This document shows, piece after piece, positions 8,895 to 17,010 of a stretch of 54,111 nt of DNA. The translations under genes and the position numbers were made by a program. The notes beneath the pieces were generated by a model. That model was not told the DNA's origin. It made no database searches and was given only the letters and a program-made list of their open reading frames with translations. Position 1 is the first letter of the stretch; each line of letters begins with the position of its first letter. Origin of the DNA: a virus (Duplodnaviria; Caudoviricetes); the IMG/VR virus record IMGVR_UViG_3300020160_000355, positions 1 through 54,111 of that record; one strand, given 5' to 3'.

Positions 8895-9061
8895 AGCACC
8901 TCGGCCTATTCCTGAGCCTTGTTGTACGGTGGGCTACGCTTGGCATGTTTGTATTGAGCGTGTGGGCAATCACATACGCCACAGTTGGTTACGCCATGTA
9001 CTTTATTCTTGTGGCAATCTTCTTCCATCTTGAAGCACAGTACTATGAGAAAAAAGAGTAA
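8891..9061 (+). CDS. small membrane protein (56 aa)
   Basis: Read manually: MKHLGLFLSLVVRWATLGMFVLSVWAITYATVGYAMYFILVAIFFHLEAQYYEKKE. ATGA overlap. Not in the ORF track. Confidence 0.65.
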   Translation: MKHLGLFLSLVVRWATLGMFVLSVWAITYATVGYAMYFILVAIFFHLEAQYYEKKE

Positions 9062-9560
9062 GTACAAACCAAAGGGTGTTCGCTTAGACAATCTGACTTG
9101 GGTTGTCTCTGGCATGAAGCCCTTCACATCTGTGTCACTTGGCACAGACATTCGCATCAAGAACCACGTTGCCTTGGAGCAGCTCCGCAAGGGTGAGGCT
9201 AACAAGGAAGACATCGACATCATCATTGGCGCGTTCAATATGATGGAAGGCTTCGGGCGTATGGGTATTGGCTCTGACTGGCAAGAAGAGATTCGCGCTG
9301 GTCAGGATGCCCTACTGTCTATCGCTCGCCGTGGTGTTCGTAGAGATATGCGATTCGTGTCCACTGGCCCTGAGCTAGTGGCTATCAACTTAGCAATGGA
9401 GATTCATGATGCCCAGCTTGACGCATGCACAGTCAGACAGCTTGAGCAAGCCCTCGAGATTGTCAAAGAAGATGTCATCTACAAAAGAGCAAGAGCAATC
9501 AACGCCGAAGACCCGCCTAGCCCCGGGGGCACCTTGGCCGAAATTGGAGCAACCAGTTGA
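9045..9560 (+). CDS. hypothetical protein
   Basis: Starts MRKKSKYKPK at ATG 9045. Helical protein. Confidence 0.8.
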   Translation: MRKKSKYKPKGVRLDNLTWVVSGMKPFTSVSLGTDIRIKNHVALEQLRKGEANKEDIDIIIGAFNMMEGFGRMGIGSDWQEEIRAGQDALLSIARRGVRRDMRFVSTGPELVAINLAMEIHDAQLDACTVRQLEQALEIVKEDVIYKRARAINAEDPPSPGGTLAEIGATS

Positions 9561-9792
9561 ACCTAAAAAACCAAAACGTGTCGGCCCCCCGAAGCCTAAG
9601 TACGTCCGCAAAACCAAAGCGACGGGCGAGCACATCACCCCAGACTGGCAGCCAAGCAAAACCGTGGGGCGACCATTGGCCTTTTCCAGCAACATGCTTG
9701 ACATCTTTGCAAGAGCTCGTGACGAGATTGCCTCGGGAAAAGCGCGGGGCAAAATCAGAGATTCTGGCAAGAACGCTAAACGAAAGTCCTGA
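9472..9792 (+). CDS. basic, Pro/Lys-rich hypothetical protein
   Basis: Part of ORF 9406..9792. Fills the gap; start uncertain. Confidence 0.55.
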   Translation: MSSTKEQEQSTPKTRLAPGAPWPKLEQPVEPKKPKRVGPPKPKYVRKTKATGEHITPDWQPSKTVGRPLAFSSNMLDIFARARDEIASGKARGKIRDSGKNAKRKS

Positions 9793-9801
9793 GGCATTAC
9801 T

Positions 9802-9999
9802 ATGAGACAACCACACCGCACTACTAAAGAAATGTGGGCGATTGAAATTCGCGACAGCGCCTTCCATAAGGCTGCATGGAGCACAGTCGGCTATTCGCTG
9901 TACGAACACAAGAGCGAAGCACAAGCAGACATTGATAGCTTCAAGATTGACGGTAGGCCAATGAAGGTGCGCGTCACTATCCAAAGAGCAACACCGTGA
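9802..9999 (+). CDS. hypothetical protein
   Basis: GAGG RBS. Confidence 0.65.
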   Translation: MRQPHRTTKEMWAIEIRDSAFHKAAWSTVGYSLYEHKSEAQADIDSFKIDGRPMKVRVTIQRATP

Positions 10000-10136
10000 A
10001 CAGAAAACCCATTGGGCTATCAGTGCCCTACCGCAAGACTGAGAAGCAAGAGTCCGTAGAGGCTCAGTTGGCAGCGCTCCAAAAGAAAGTCACTGACCTT
10101 GAACAACGGGTCAAGCAACTTGAGAAAAACAAATGA
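9996..10136 (+). CDS. small coiled-coil protein (46 aa)
   Basis: Read manually: MNRKPIGLSVPYRKTEKQESVEAQLAALQKKVTDLEQRVKQLEKNK. Coupled at both ends (GTGA, ATGA). Confidence 0.65.
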   Translation: MNRKPIGLSVPYRKTEKQESVEAQLAALQKKVTDLEQRVKQLEKNK

Positions 10137-11998
10137 CACAACTCATCACCCTTGACTTTGAGACTTACTACTCGAAAGACTATGGCCTCAAAAAATACAC
10201 CACCGAACACTACATCCGTGACGAGCAATTCCAAGTCATCGGATTCGCCTACAAAGTTGACGACGGAGAAACCCATTGGGTCACGGGCACTGACAGGCAG
10301 ATTACCGAGGCGCTTCACGAACTCGGAATTCCTAACGCCTACCTCATTTGTCACAACATGGCGTTCGACGGAGCCATCCTTGCATGGCGCTACGGCATCA
10401 AGCCCAAGTACTATCTCGATACCCTATCAATGGCCCGTCCGGTCACGGGGCTCACGGTTGGTGGCTCACTAGCAGCACTCGCCAAGAAGTACCTGTTGGA
10501 TGAGAAGGGTACAGAAGTTGTCAATGCACTTGGCCTGCGCCGTGAAGACTTCAGCCCCGAGCAGATGGCTCGCTATGGTGAGTACTGTAAGCACGACGTT
10601 AACCTGACGTACGGGCTGTACCACATCTTCAAACAGTGGAACCCTCCAAAGGAGCTCTACATCCAAGACCTGATGCTGCGTATGTTCACTGACCCAGTAC
10701 TCAAGCTGGACAAGAACGTGCTGGTTGACCATCTGTTCAACGTGCAAGACAAGAAGGCCAAGCTGATGGAGCGCATCGACGAAACCATTGGTCGCGATGC
10801 TCTGATGTCAAACCCCAAGTTCGCTGCTGTGTTGGAGCGGCTCGGTGTCACACCGCCCATGAAGGTTAGCCTTCGTACAAACAAGGAGACGTATGCCTTT
10901 GGTAAAACTGACCAAGAATTCAAAGCTCTCGCCGACCATCATGACCCAAGGGTGCAGGCCATCGTTGCTGCGCGTCTCGGCGTCAAATCTACGCTTGAGG
11001 AAACCCGCACCGAATCGTTCATTGGTATTGCCGAGCGAGGGAGTCTACCGATTCTGCTCAACTACTGGGGAGCGCATACTGGTAGGGCTTCTGGTGGCGA
11101 CAAGATGAACCTTCAGAACCTGCCGCGAGGCGGGGCGCTGCGTAAGTCAATCACCGTACCCGAAGGGCACTCACTGGTAGCAGTTGACTCTGCACAGATT
11201 GAAGCTCGTGTCGTTGCATGGTGGGCTGGCCAAGAAGACTTGGTCGAAGACTTCCGCAACAACGTGGACATCTATTCGTCGTTTGCTTCCGTGGTGTACG
11301 GCAGACCTGTTGACCGTAAGAAGAACCCAAACGACAAGGTCGAGGGCTTCGTTGGTAAGACTTGTATCTTGGGACTAGGCTACGGCATGGGGCCTGACAA
11401 GTTCAAGGCGACACTCAAGATCGGTATGGGTGGTATCTCCGTGGACATGCCACTTGAGGACGCACAACGCACTGTGTCTGTGTACCGCGCCAAGTACGAC
11501 AAGATTGCTGCCATATGGAAGTCATGCCAGAAAGCACTGGAGCAGATGTGCAAAGGCTTCGAGACTGAGGTGGGCGTGGGCATTGCCTTGCGCTGTACAC
11601 CTGAGGGCGTCCACTTGCCTAACGGCACAATGATTCGCTACCCCAACCTCCGTAAAAACGCTGATGGATATGAGTACGACGGACGCTACGGCCCTGTTAA
11701 AATCTACGGCGGTAAGATGGTTGAGAACATCGTGCAAGCTCTGGCTCGTATCGTTGTGTTTGACCAAATGGCCAAGGTGGACATTGAGTTGCGTAAGAAC
11801 GACAACCCTGATGCCGACCGACGCTATAAAGTTGCACTGACCGTGCATGATGAGGTAGTATCTGTTGTACCGACACCGGCTGCGAAGTGGTGTTTGGAGT
11901 TCATGCTTGAGACAATGAAAGTTCCACCTAAGTGGTGTGCTGACCTGCCTGTCTCTTGTGAGGGCGACATCGGTAAGAACTACGCTGACGCTAAATAA
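10133..11998 (+). CDS. polA: family A DNA polymerase with 3'-5' exonuclease
   Basis: Exo motifs LDFETY and HNMAFD. Polymerase motif A DSAQIEARV, motif B KTCILGLGYG, motif C TVHDE. Confidence 0.95.
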   Translation: MTQLITLDFETYYSKDYGLKKYTTEHYIRDEQFQVIGFAYKVDDGETHWVTGTDRQITEALHELGIPNAYLICHNMAFDGAILAWRYGIKPKYYLDTLSMARPVTGLTVGGSLAALAKKYLLDEKGTEVVNALGLRREDFSPEQMARYGEYCKHDVNLTYGLYHIFKQWNPPKELYIQDLMLRMFTDPVLKLDKNVLVDHLFNVQDKKAKLMERIDETIGRDALMSNPKFAAVLERLGVTPPMKVSLRTNKETYAFGKTDQEFKALADHHDPRVQAIVAARLGVKSTLEETRTESFIGIAERGSLPILLNYWGAHTGRASGGDKMNLQNLPRGGALRKSITVPEGHSLVAVDSAQIEARVVAWWAGQEDLVEDFRNNVDIYSSFASVVYGRPVDRKKNPNDKVEGFVGKTCILGLGYGMGPDKFKATLKIGMGGISVDMPLEDAQRTVSVYRAKYDKIAAIWKSCQKALEQMCKGFETEVGVGIALRCTPEGVHLPNGTMIRYPNLRKNADGYEYDGRYGPVKIYGGKMVENIVQALARIVVFDQMAKVDIELRKNDNPDADRRYKVALTVHDEVVSVVPTPAAKWCLEFMLETMKVPPKWCADLPVSCEGDIGKNYADAK

Positions 11999-12030
11999 CT
12001 TAAAGACTTTGGTCTTTGAGAGGAACCCCT

Positions 12031-12684
12031 ATGGCTATACCCGCTTGGACATACTCCCAGCTTGACAAATTCGAGACGTGCCCACGTCAGTTCTACCACG
12101 TCCGTGTGTTGAAAGACATCAAGGAGCCACCAACTGAGGCGACTATGTGGGGTGAGAAAGTCCACACTGCTATGGAACATCGTGTCCGCGACGGCACACC
12201 GCTTCCTGAAGGTATGGAACAGTGGGAAGGCATCGCTGCCAAGTTCGCTGCACTGCCCGGCCAGAAACTCTGCGAGGAGCAGATGGCTGTGGACAAGAAC
12301 TTCCAACCCGCTGAGTGGGGCAATGCGTGGTCACGCGGTATCGCTGACTTACTCGTTATCCATGGTGACAAGGCTGGTGTGTTCGACTACAAAACAGGTA
12401 AGCGCAAAATCACTGAGCAGCTCGAACTCTATGTTGGTTACACGTTTGCAACATACCCTGAAGTGAACTACGTAACAACTGGCTTCGTGTGGCTGCGTGA
12501 CAAGAAGATTGACAAGGCCACCTATCATCGCGACCAAGTCGCAGGTATCTGGAATGGCTTCCTACCAAGGGTGCGCAAACTAGAGTCAGCGTATGAAAGA
12601 GAAGCATGGCCATGCCGACCATCTGGTCTGTGCCGTGGCTGGTGCCCAGTTAAGACATGTGATTTCTACAAGGAGAAGAAATGA
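12031..12684 (+). CDS. Cas4-like PD-(D/E)XK exonuclease
   Basis: N-terminal CPRQF, GIAD...DYKTG, and a C-terminal Cys cluster. Confidence 0.9.
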   Translation: MAIPAWTYSQLDKFETCPRQFYHVRVLKDIKEPPTEATMWGEKVHTAMEHRVRDGTPLPEGMEQWEGIAAKFAALPGQKLCEEQMAVDKNFQPAEWGNAWSRGIADLLVIHGDKAGVFDYKTGKRKITEQLELYVGYTFATYPEVNYVTTGFVWLRDKKIDKATYHRDQVAGIWNGFLPRVRKLESAYEREAWPCRPSGLCRGWCPVKTCDFYKEKK

Positions 12685-12902
12685 AACTACCTACCGTTGA
12701 TGCAAATTACTCTGAAGCAGTTGAATGCCCACAATGCGGCGGCAACAACCTACACCAAGCCTCTATTGCTGTAGAGCACGACCTGTCTGTCAGGTACAAA
12801 ATGTTCTGCGAGGGATGCGGCAGGCTACCTTCGTTGCTTGCCATACACCACCACAAAGGCTGCACTTTTATCGAATGGGTTGAAGATGGCTCAAACTCCT
12901 GA
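12681..12902 (+). CDS. zinc-ribbon protein
   Basis: CPQC and CEGC motifs. ATGA overlap. Confidence 0.7.
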   Translation: MKLPTVDANYSEAVECPQCGGNNLHQASIAVEHDLSVRYKMFCEGCGRLPSLLAIHHHKGCTFIEWVEDGSNS

Positions 12903-13194
12903 AGGCAAAGTCAAAGACGCAGTTAAGAAAGAGCTGCGCAAACGAGACATCTGGTATTTCATGCCCATGCAAAACGGCTTCGGCGTTGTGGGCATTCCCG
13001 ATTTCATCTGTTGCTGGGAAGGAAAGTTTCTGGCAATCGAGACAAAGGCCCCCGGCAAGAGGGGTGACACCACGGCTAATCAAGACCGTGTTATCGCTGA
13101 GATCAAAGACCACTGGGGTAAAGCCTTGGTAGTCGATGATATCGAACAACTACGTGATTATTTGGAGTATGCAAATGAACAAGGGCGGGGCTAA
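12886..13194 (+). CDS. VRR-NUC nuclease (Holliday junction resolvase-like)
   Basis: TPEGKVK, GIPDF, AIETK and TANQ motifs. Confidence 0.9.
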   Translation: MAQTPEGKVKDAVKKELRKRDIWYFMPMQNGFGVVGIPDFICCWEGKFLAIETKAPGKRGDTTANQDRVIAEIKDHWGKALVVDDIEQLRDYLEYANEQGRG

Positions 13195-13438
13195 AAAAGC
13201 TGCGTATGACAAGGCCTACAACGCAAGGCCAGAACAAGTTGACAACCGTGAGAAGCGCAATGCAGCCCGTGCTGCGCTGATGCGGGATGGCAAAGTAAAG
13301 AAAGGCGACGGTAAAGATGTTGACCATAAGCAAATGCTTGACGGCGGCGGCGGCAACGGTAAAGGCAACTTACGTGTTGTTGACCAAAAGACGAACCGAG
13401 GCTGGCGCAAAACCAATGGCGGTCAGTACGGCAAGTGA
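13175..13438 (+). CDS. small HNH-type protein
   Basis: DVDH...NLRVV...NR motif. GGAG RBS. Confidence 0.75.
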   Translation: MNKGGAKKAAYDKAYNARPEQVDNREKRNAARAALMRDGKVKKGDGKDVDHKQMLDGGGGNGKGNLRVVDQKTNRGWRKTNGGQYGK

Positions 13439-13706
13439 TTGGGAGGCGGGGGTGAACGTAATCGCCCCCTACAGGTACACAAAGATTGGCAGCGGGTCTG
13501 ACTCGATTGGTACTCTCTTTGGTGCGCCCATTCCCTCTAACGTAACTGCGGTCACGATACAACAAGACGCGGTGAACTACCAACACAAAATCCGGTGGCG
13601 AGTTCGCAGTGACATAAGCGATGAAATCCATGAGATGGAATTGCCTGATGCAGCAACGAGAGAGCACATTCAAGCTGTGTTAACCGCAATGAGACTCACA
13701 TGCTAA
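13416..13706 (+). CDS. hypothetical protein
   Basis: Part of ORF 13317..13706. Start uncertain. Confidence 0.6.
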   Translation: MAVSTASDWEAGVNVIAPYRYTKIGSGSDSIGTLFGAPIPSNVTAVTIQQDAVNYQHKIRWRVRSDISDEIHEMELPDAATREHIQAVLTAMRLTC

Positions 13707-15265
13707 TAAGAAAAGACAAAAAAGCCCTCATCTTTAAACTGCGCAACCCTTCACGAGTTACCACTGTCATCCCAACGGCACGTTTGGTTTCTCATGAGGG
13801 GGACACGCTAGTGGCTGTGCCGCACCGACCCGAGGAAGTTAAGGTGCTCCGCAATCTGGGGTTCAACCCACCAGACCCGATGGAGTACTACTACCAATGG
13901 CCCGGACGGTTCAAGCCATTTGCTGCACAGATTGAGACTGCCAACTTCCTAGCTATGCACGACCGTGCCTTCTGTCTGAACTCTATGGGTTTGGGTAAGA
14001 CGGTTACGTCGCTGTGGGCCTACGACTACATGCGTGAGTGCAAGCTAGTGAAGAAGGTTTTAATAGTATGTCCGTTGTCCACGATGGAGCGCACTTGGGC
14101 TGATGAAGTCTTCAAGACGTTCCCACATCTGGATGCGGCTGTGTTGTATGGCACTCGTGAGCGCCGCAAGAAACTGCTGGCACAAGAAGCGGATGTCTAC
14201 ATCATCAACACCGATGGCCTCAAGACCATCATGGAAGACTTGGCTATGCGTGATGACATCGACCTCATCATCGTGGACGAGCTGGCCATGTTCCGTAACG
14301 CTGGCACTGACCGCTGGAAGACACTGAACAACATCTGTAACAAGCAGACCCCACGACGCGTATGGGGTTTGACTGGTGCACCAACTCCACATGAGCCAAC
14401 CGACGCATGGGCGCAATGCCGTATCGTCGTGCCAACGAGCCCCGTAGTACCTAAATACTTCGGTAAGTTCCGCGACATGGTTATGAAGCAGTTGACTCAG
14501 TTCAAGTGGGTTGCCCGTAAGGACGCCGTGGATACTGTGAAAGCAATCATGCAACCGTCAGTGCGCTTCGCATTGGATGACTGTATTGACTTGCCCGAGC
14601 AGACGTTCGTGACTCGTGATGTAGAGATGACCACTGAGCAGAAGGCGGCATACAAGAACATGCTGGACAAGCTCAAGATGGAATACGAAGGTGGCCAAGT
14701 ACTCGCTGTGAACGAAGCTGTGAAGGCTAACAAGCTGGTGCAGATCGCTTGCGGTGTGGCGTACGGTGCTCAAGGTGAGTACATCCACATTCCGAACAAA
14801 CCACGCATCGACGTGCTGAAAGAGCTCATTGAAGAGTCCGAAGGCAAGGTGCTTGTGTTCGTGCCGTTGACTGGTGTGCTCGAGCATCTGATGGATGAAC
14901 TCAAGACCGAATGGGATTGTGCCGCCATCCACGGTGGTACGTCCAAGGCTGACCGCGATGACATCTTTGGCCGGTTTCAGAAGACCCCTCAGATTCGTGT
15001 GATCGTGGCCAACCCATCCACCATGTCTCACGGTCTAACACTGACTGCGGCAACGACCATCATCTGGTATGCACCCATCCATAGCAACGACGTGTACGAA
15101 CAGGCATGCGCCCGAGTACGCCGACCCGGCCAAACACGCACAACAGTCATCGCCCATATAGCGGGCAGTGATATTGAACGTCGTATTTATACGCGATTGC
15201 AAGGTAAGCAGAAGCTGCAAGGCTCGCTGCTAGAAATAATGAAAGGAATTGAGAGCGACCAGTAA
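13700..15265 (+). CDS. SNF2-family helicase
   Basis: Motif I MGLGKT, motif II IVDE, LTGAP, HGLTLTAA, ARVRRPGQ. Confidence 0.92.
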   Translation: MLIRKDKKALIFKLRNPSRVTTVIPTARLVSHEGDTLVAVPHRPEEVKVLRNLGFNPPDPMEYYYQWPGRFKPFAAQIETANFLAMHDRAFCLNSMGLGKTVTSLWAYDYMRECKLVKKVLIVCPLSTMERTWADEVFKTFPHLDAAVLYGTRERRKKLLAQEADVYIINTDGLKTIMEDLAMRDDIDLIIVDELAMFRNAGTDRWKTLNNICNKQTPRRVWGLTGAPTPHEPTDAWAQCRIVVPTSPVVPKYFGKFRDMVMKQLTQFKWVARKDAVDTVKAIMQPSVRFALDDCIDLPEQTFVTRDVEMTTEQKAAYKNMLDKLKMEYEGGQVLAVNEAVKANKLVQIACGVAYGAQGEYIHIPNKPRIDVLKELIEESEGKVLVFVPLTGVLEHLMDELKTEWDCAAIHGGTSKADRDDIFGRFQKTPQIRVIVANPSTMSHGLTLTAATTIIWYAPIHSNDVYEQACARVRRPGQTRTTVIAHIAGSDIERRIYTRLQGKQKLQGSLLEIMKGIESDQ

Positions 15266-15327
15266 AAACCACTATACACACTCACTCAAATGATGGTAAC
15301 CTCCGTCCCCCTCACTGGAACATAACA

Positions 15328-15708
15328 ATGAAAATTTCAGAACTGGTAGCCAAGTACATTGAGCTACGCGATAAAAAAGCTGAGTTCAAAGCTGAGTACG
15401 AGAACAAAGTAGAGAAATTGGATACAGTCCTTAACCAGATTGAGTCCGCCTTACTTAAGACGTTCGAGACTACAGGTATGGACTCGGTCAAGACAGAGTT
15501 CGGTACGGCCTATACTACTGAACGCAGCACTGCTTCTGTGGCTGACAAGGACGCTTTCATGTCTTTCGTCAAGTCTCGTGAAGATTGGCATCTGATGGAA
15601 GTTCGCGCTTCTAAGACAGCCATCCAACAATACAAAGATGAACACCAAGACCTCCCGCCCGGTATCAACTGGCGCTCGGAGCGTGTGGTCAACATCCGTC
15701 GTTCGTAA
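15328..15708 (+). CDS. conserved replication-region hypothetical protein
   Basis: Coiled-coil N-terminus, SVKTEFGT, LPPGI. Confidence 0.8.
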   Translation: MKISELVAKYIELRDKKAEFKAEYENKVEKLDTVLNQIESALLKTFETTGMDSVKTEFGTAYTTERSTASVADKDAFMSFVKSREDWHLMEVRASKTAIQQYKDEHQDLPPGINWRSERVVNIRRS

Positions 15709-15734
15709 CCCTCAACCCACTGGAGAAAACTAAG

Positions 15735-16661
15735 ATGTCAAACATCATCCCATTCAACACCGATGCAGGTAACTTGCCTGCGTATTTGAAATCAGCTAAC
15801 CGCGCAGTTGTCAACGACGACTTGACCGCTCACGCTGGCACGGGCTTCCCCGTCATGTCCATCAAGGGCAAGAACTTCACGGTTGTCCGTGACGGCGAGC
15901 GCACTGTGCTCACTAAAGATGTGGACGGCGAGAAGATCGCAGTGCCATCAATCGAAGTCGTGTTGGTCAAAGCCAACAAGGGCACTTCCAAAGTGTTCTA
16001 CATCAAGGGCTACCAAGAAGGCGCTGAGGCTGTGAAGCCTGATTGCTTCTCTAACACTGGTGATCGTCCTGATTCATCTGTGGCCGAACCTCAAGCTAAG
16101 TCATGCGCTCTGTGCCCACACAACCAATGGGGCTCTAAGATCGGTGACAACGGCGGCAAAGGCAAGGCTTGCCAAGACAGCGTCCGTATGGCTATCGCTA
16201 CTGCTGACCAAATCAACGACCCCTACTTGTTGCGTGTGCCACCAGCATCCATCAAGTCTTTGGGTGAGTACGGCAAGATGCTCGCTAAGCGCGGTGTTGG
16301 CTACAACATGGTTGTGACCCGTATCGGATTCGACATGGAATCCCCAACTCCTAAGCTGACCTTCAAGCCTACAGGTTTGTTGAGCGACGCTGGCTATGCT
16401 CAAGTGCAAGAAGTTGCAGGTTCTGACGTTGTGTTGTCCATCTTGGGCGCTGACGGTATCGCTGCTGCTGCGGCCGCTGAGGCTGCTCCTGAGGAAGCAT
16501 TGCCAACTGTGGAAGTCAAGGCTGCTGCACCTGCCCCTGCTCCAGTAGCAGAGAAGCCAAAGGCTACCCCTAAACCAAAGGCTGAACCAGCACCTGTTGC
16601 TGCGGAACCACAGGTTGACATGGGTAACCTTAACCTCGACGACTTGAACTTCGACGACTAA
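15735..16661 (+). CDS. putative single-stranded DNA-binding protein
   Basis: Cys cluster (DC...CALC...AC), Ala/Pro linker and acidic tail LDDLNFDD. Located in the replication module. Confidence 0.65.
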   Translation: MSNIIPFNTDAGNLPAYLKSANRAVVNDDLTAHAGTGFPVMSIKGKNFTVVRDGERTVLTKDVDGEKIAVPSIEVVLVKANKGTSKVFYIKGYQEGAEAVKPDCFSNTGDRPDSSVAEPQAKSCALCPHNQWGSKIGDNGGKGKACQDSVRMAIATADQINDPYLLRVPPASIKSLGEYGKMLAKRGVGYNMVVTRIGFDMESPTPKLTFKPTGLLSDAGYAQVQEVAGSDVVLSILGADGIAAAAAAEAAPEEALPTVEVKAAAPAPAPVAEKPKATPKPKAEPAPVAAEPQVDMGNLNLDDLNFDD

Positions 16662-16724
16662 TGGTTTTCGGGGGGCTACGGGCAATCCCGCCCAGCTACA
16701 GTAGTAGTCCCCCTCCTTCCTTTC

Positions 16725-16746
16725 AGCCCTTCGGGGCTTTCACTTT
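16725..16746 (+). terminator. intrinsic terminator
   Basis: AGCCC-TTCG-GGGCT followed by TTCACTTT. A further stem lies upstream (16671-16679/16704-16712). Confidence 0.65.
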
Positions 16747-16757
16747 CTGGAGAAATC

Positions 16758-17009
16758 ATGTCATATCAAATTGACCAGCGCAAAGTCGCCGGTGTCGTAG
16801 TCGAAGCCAACCTAGCCCTCAGCGGCAAAGATTTCAACCACGGAGAAATCATCATCGGCTTAGCAGAGCTACTGGCCCGCGTCATTGTTGAGGCATCGGA
16901 TACGAACATCCAAGCGGGCGAATTGGTGAAAGTGGCTATGGCCCACATCGACCGCACTATTACCGTTGGCGCTCACGCCACAGGGAAATCAATCATCGCA
17001 AAGGCATAA
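16758..17009 (+). CDS. hypothetical protein
   Basis: GGAG RBS. Confidence 0.75.
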   Translation: MSYQIDQRKVAGVVVEANLALSGKDFNHGEIIIGLAELLARVIVEASDTNIQAGELVKVAMAHIDRTITVGAHATGKSIIAKA

Positions 17010-17010
17010 C

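Noticed and set aside
12031-12684. Cas4 as part of a CRISPR system
   Set aside because: No repeat-spacer array or other cas genes. Its position beside polA is the usual phage exonuclease context.
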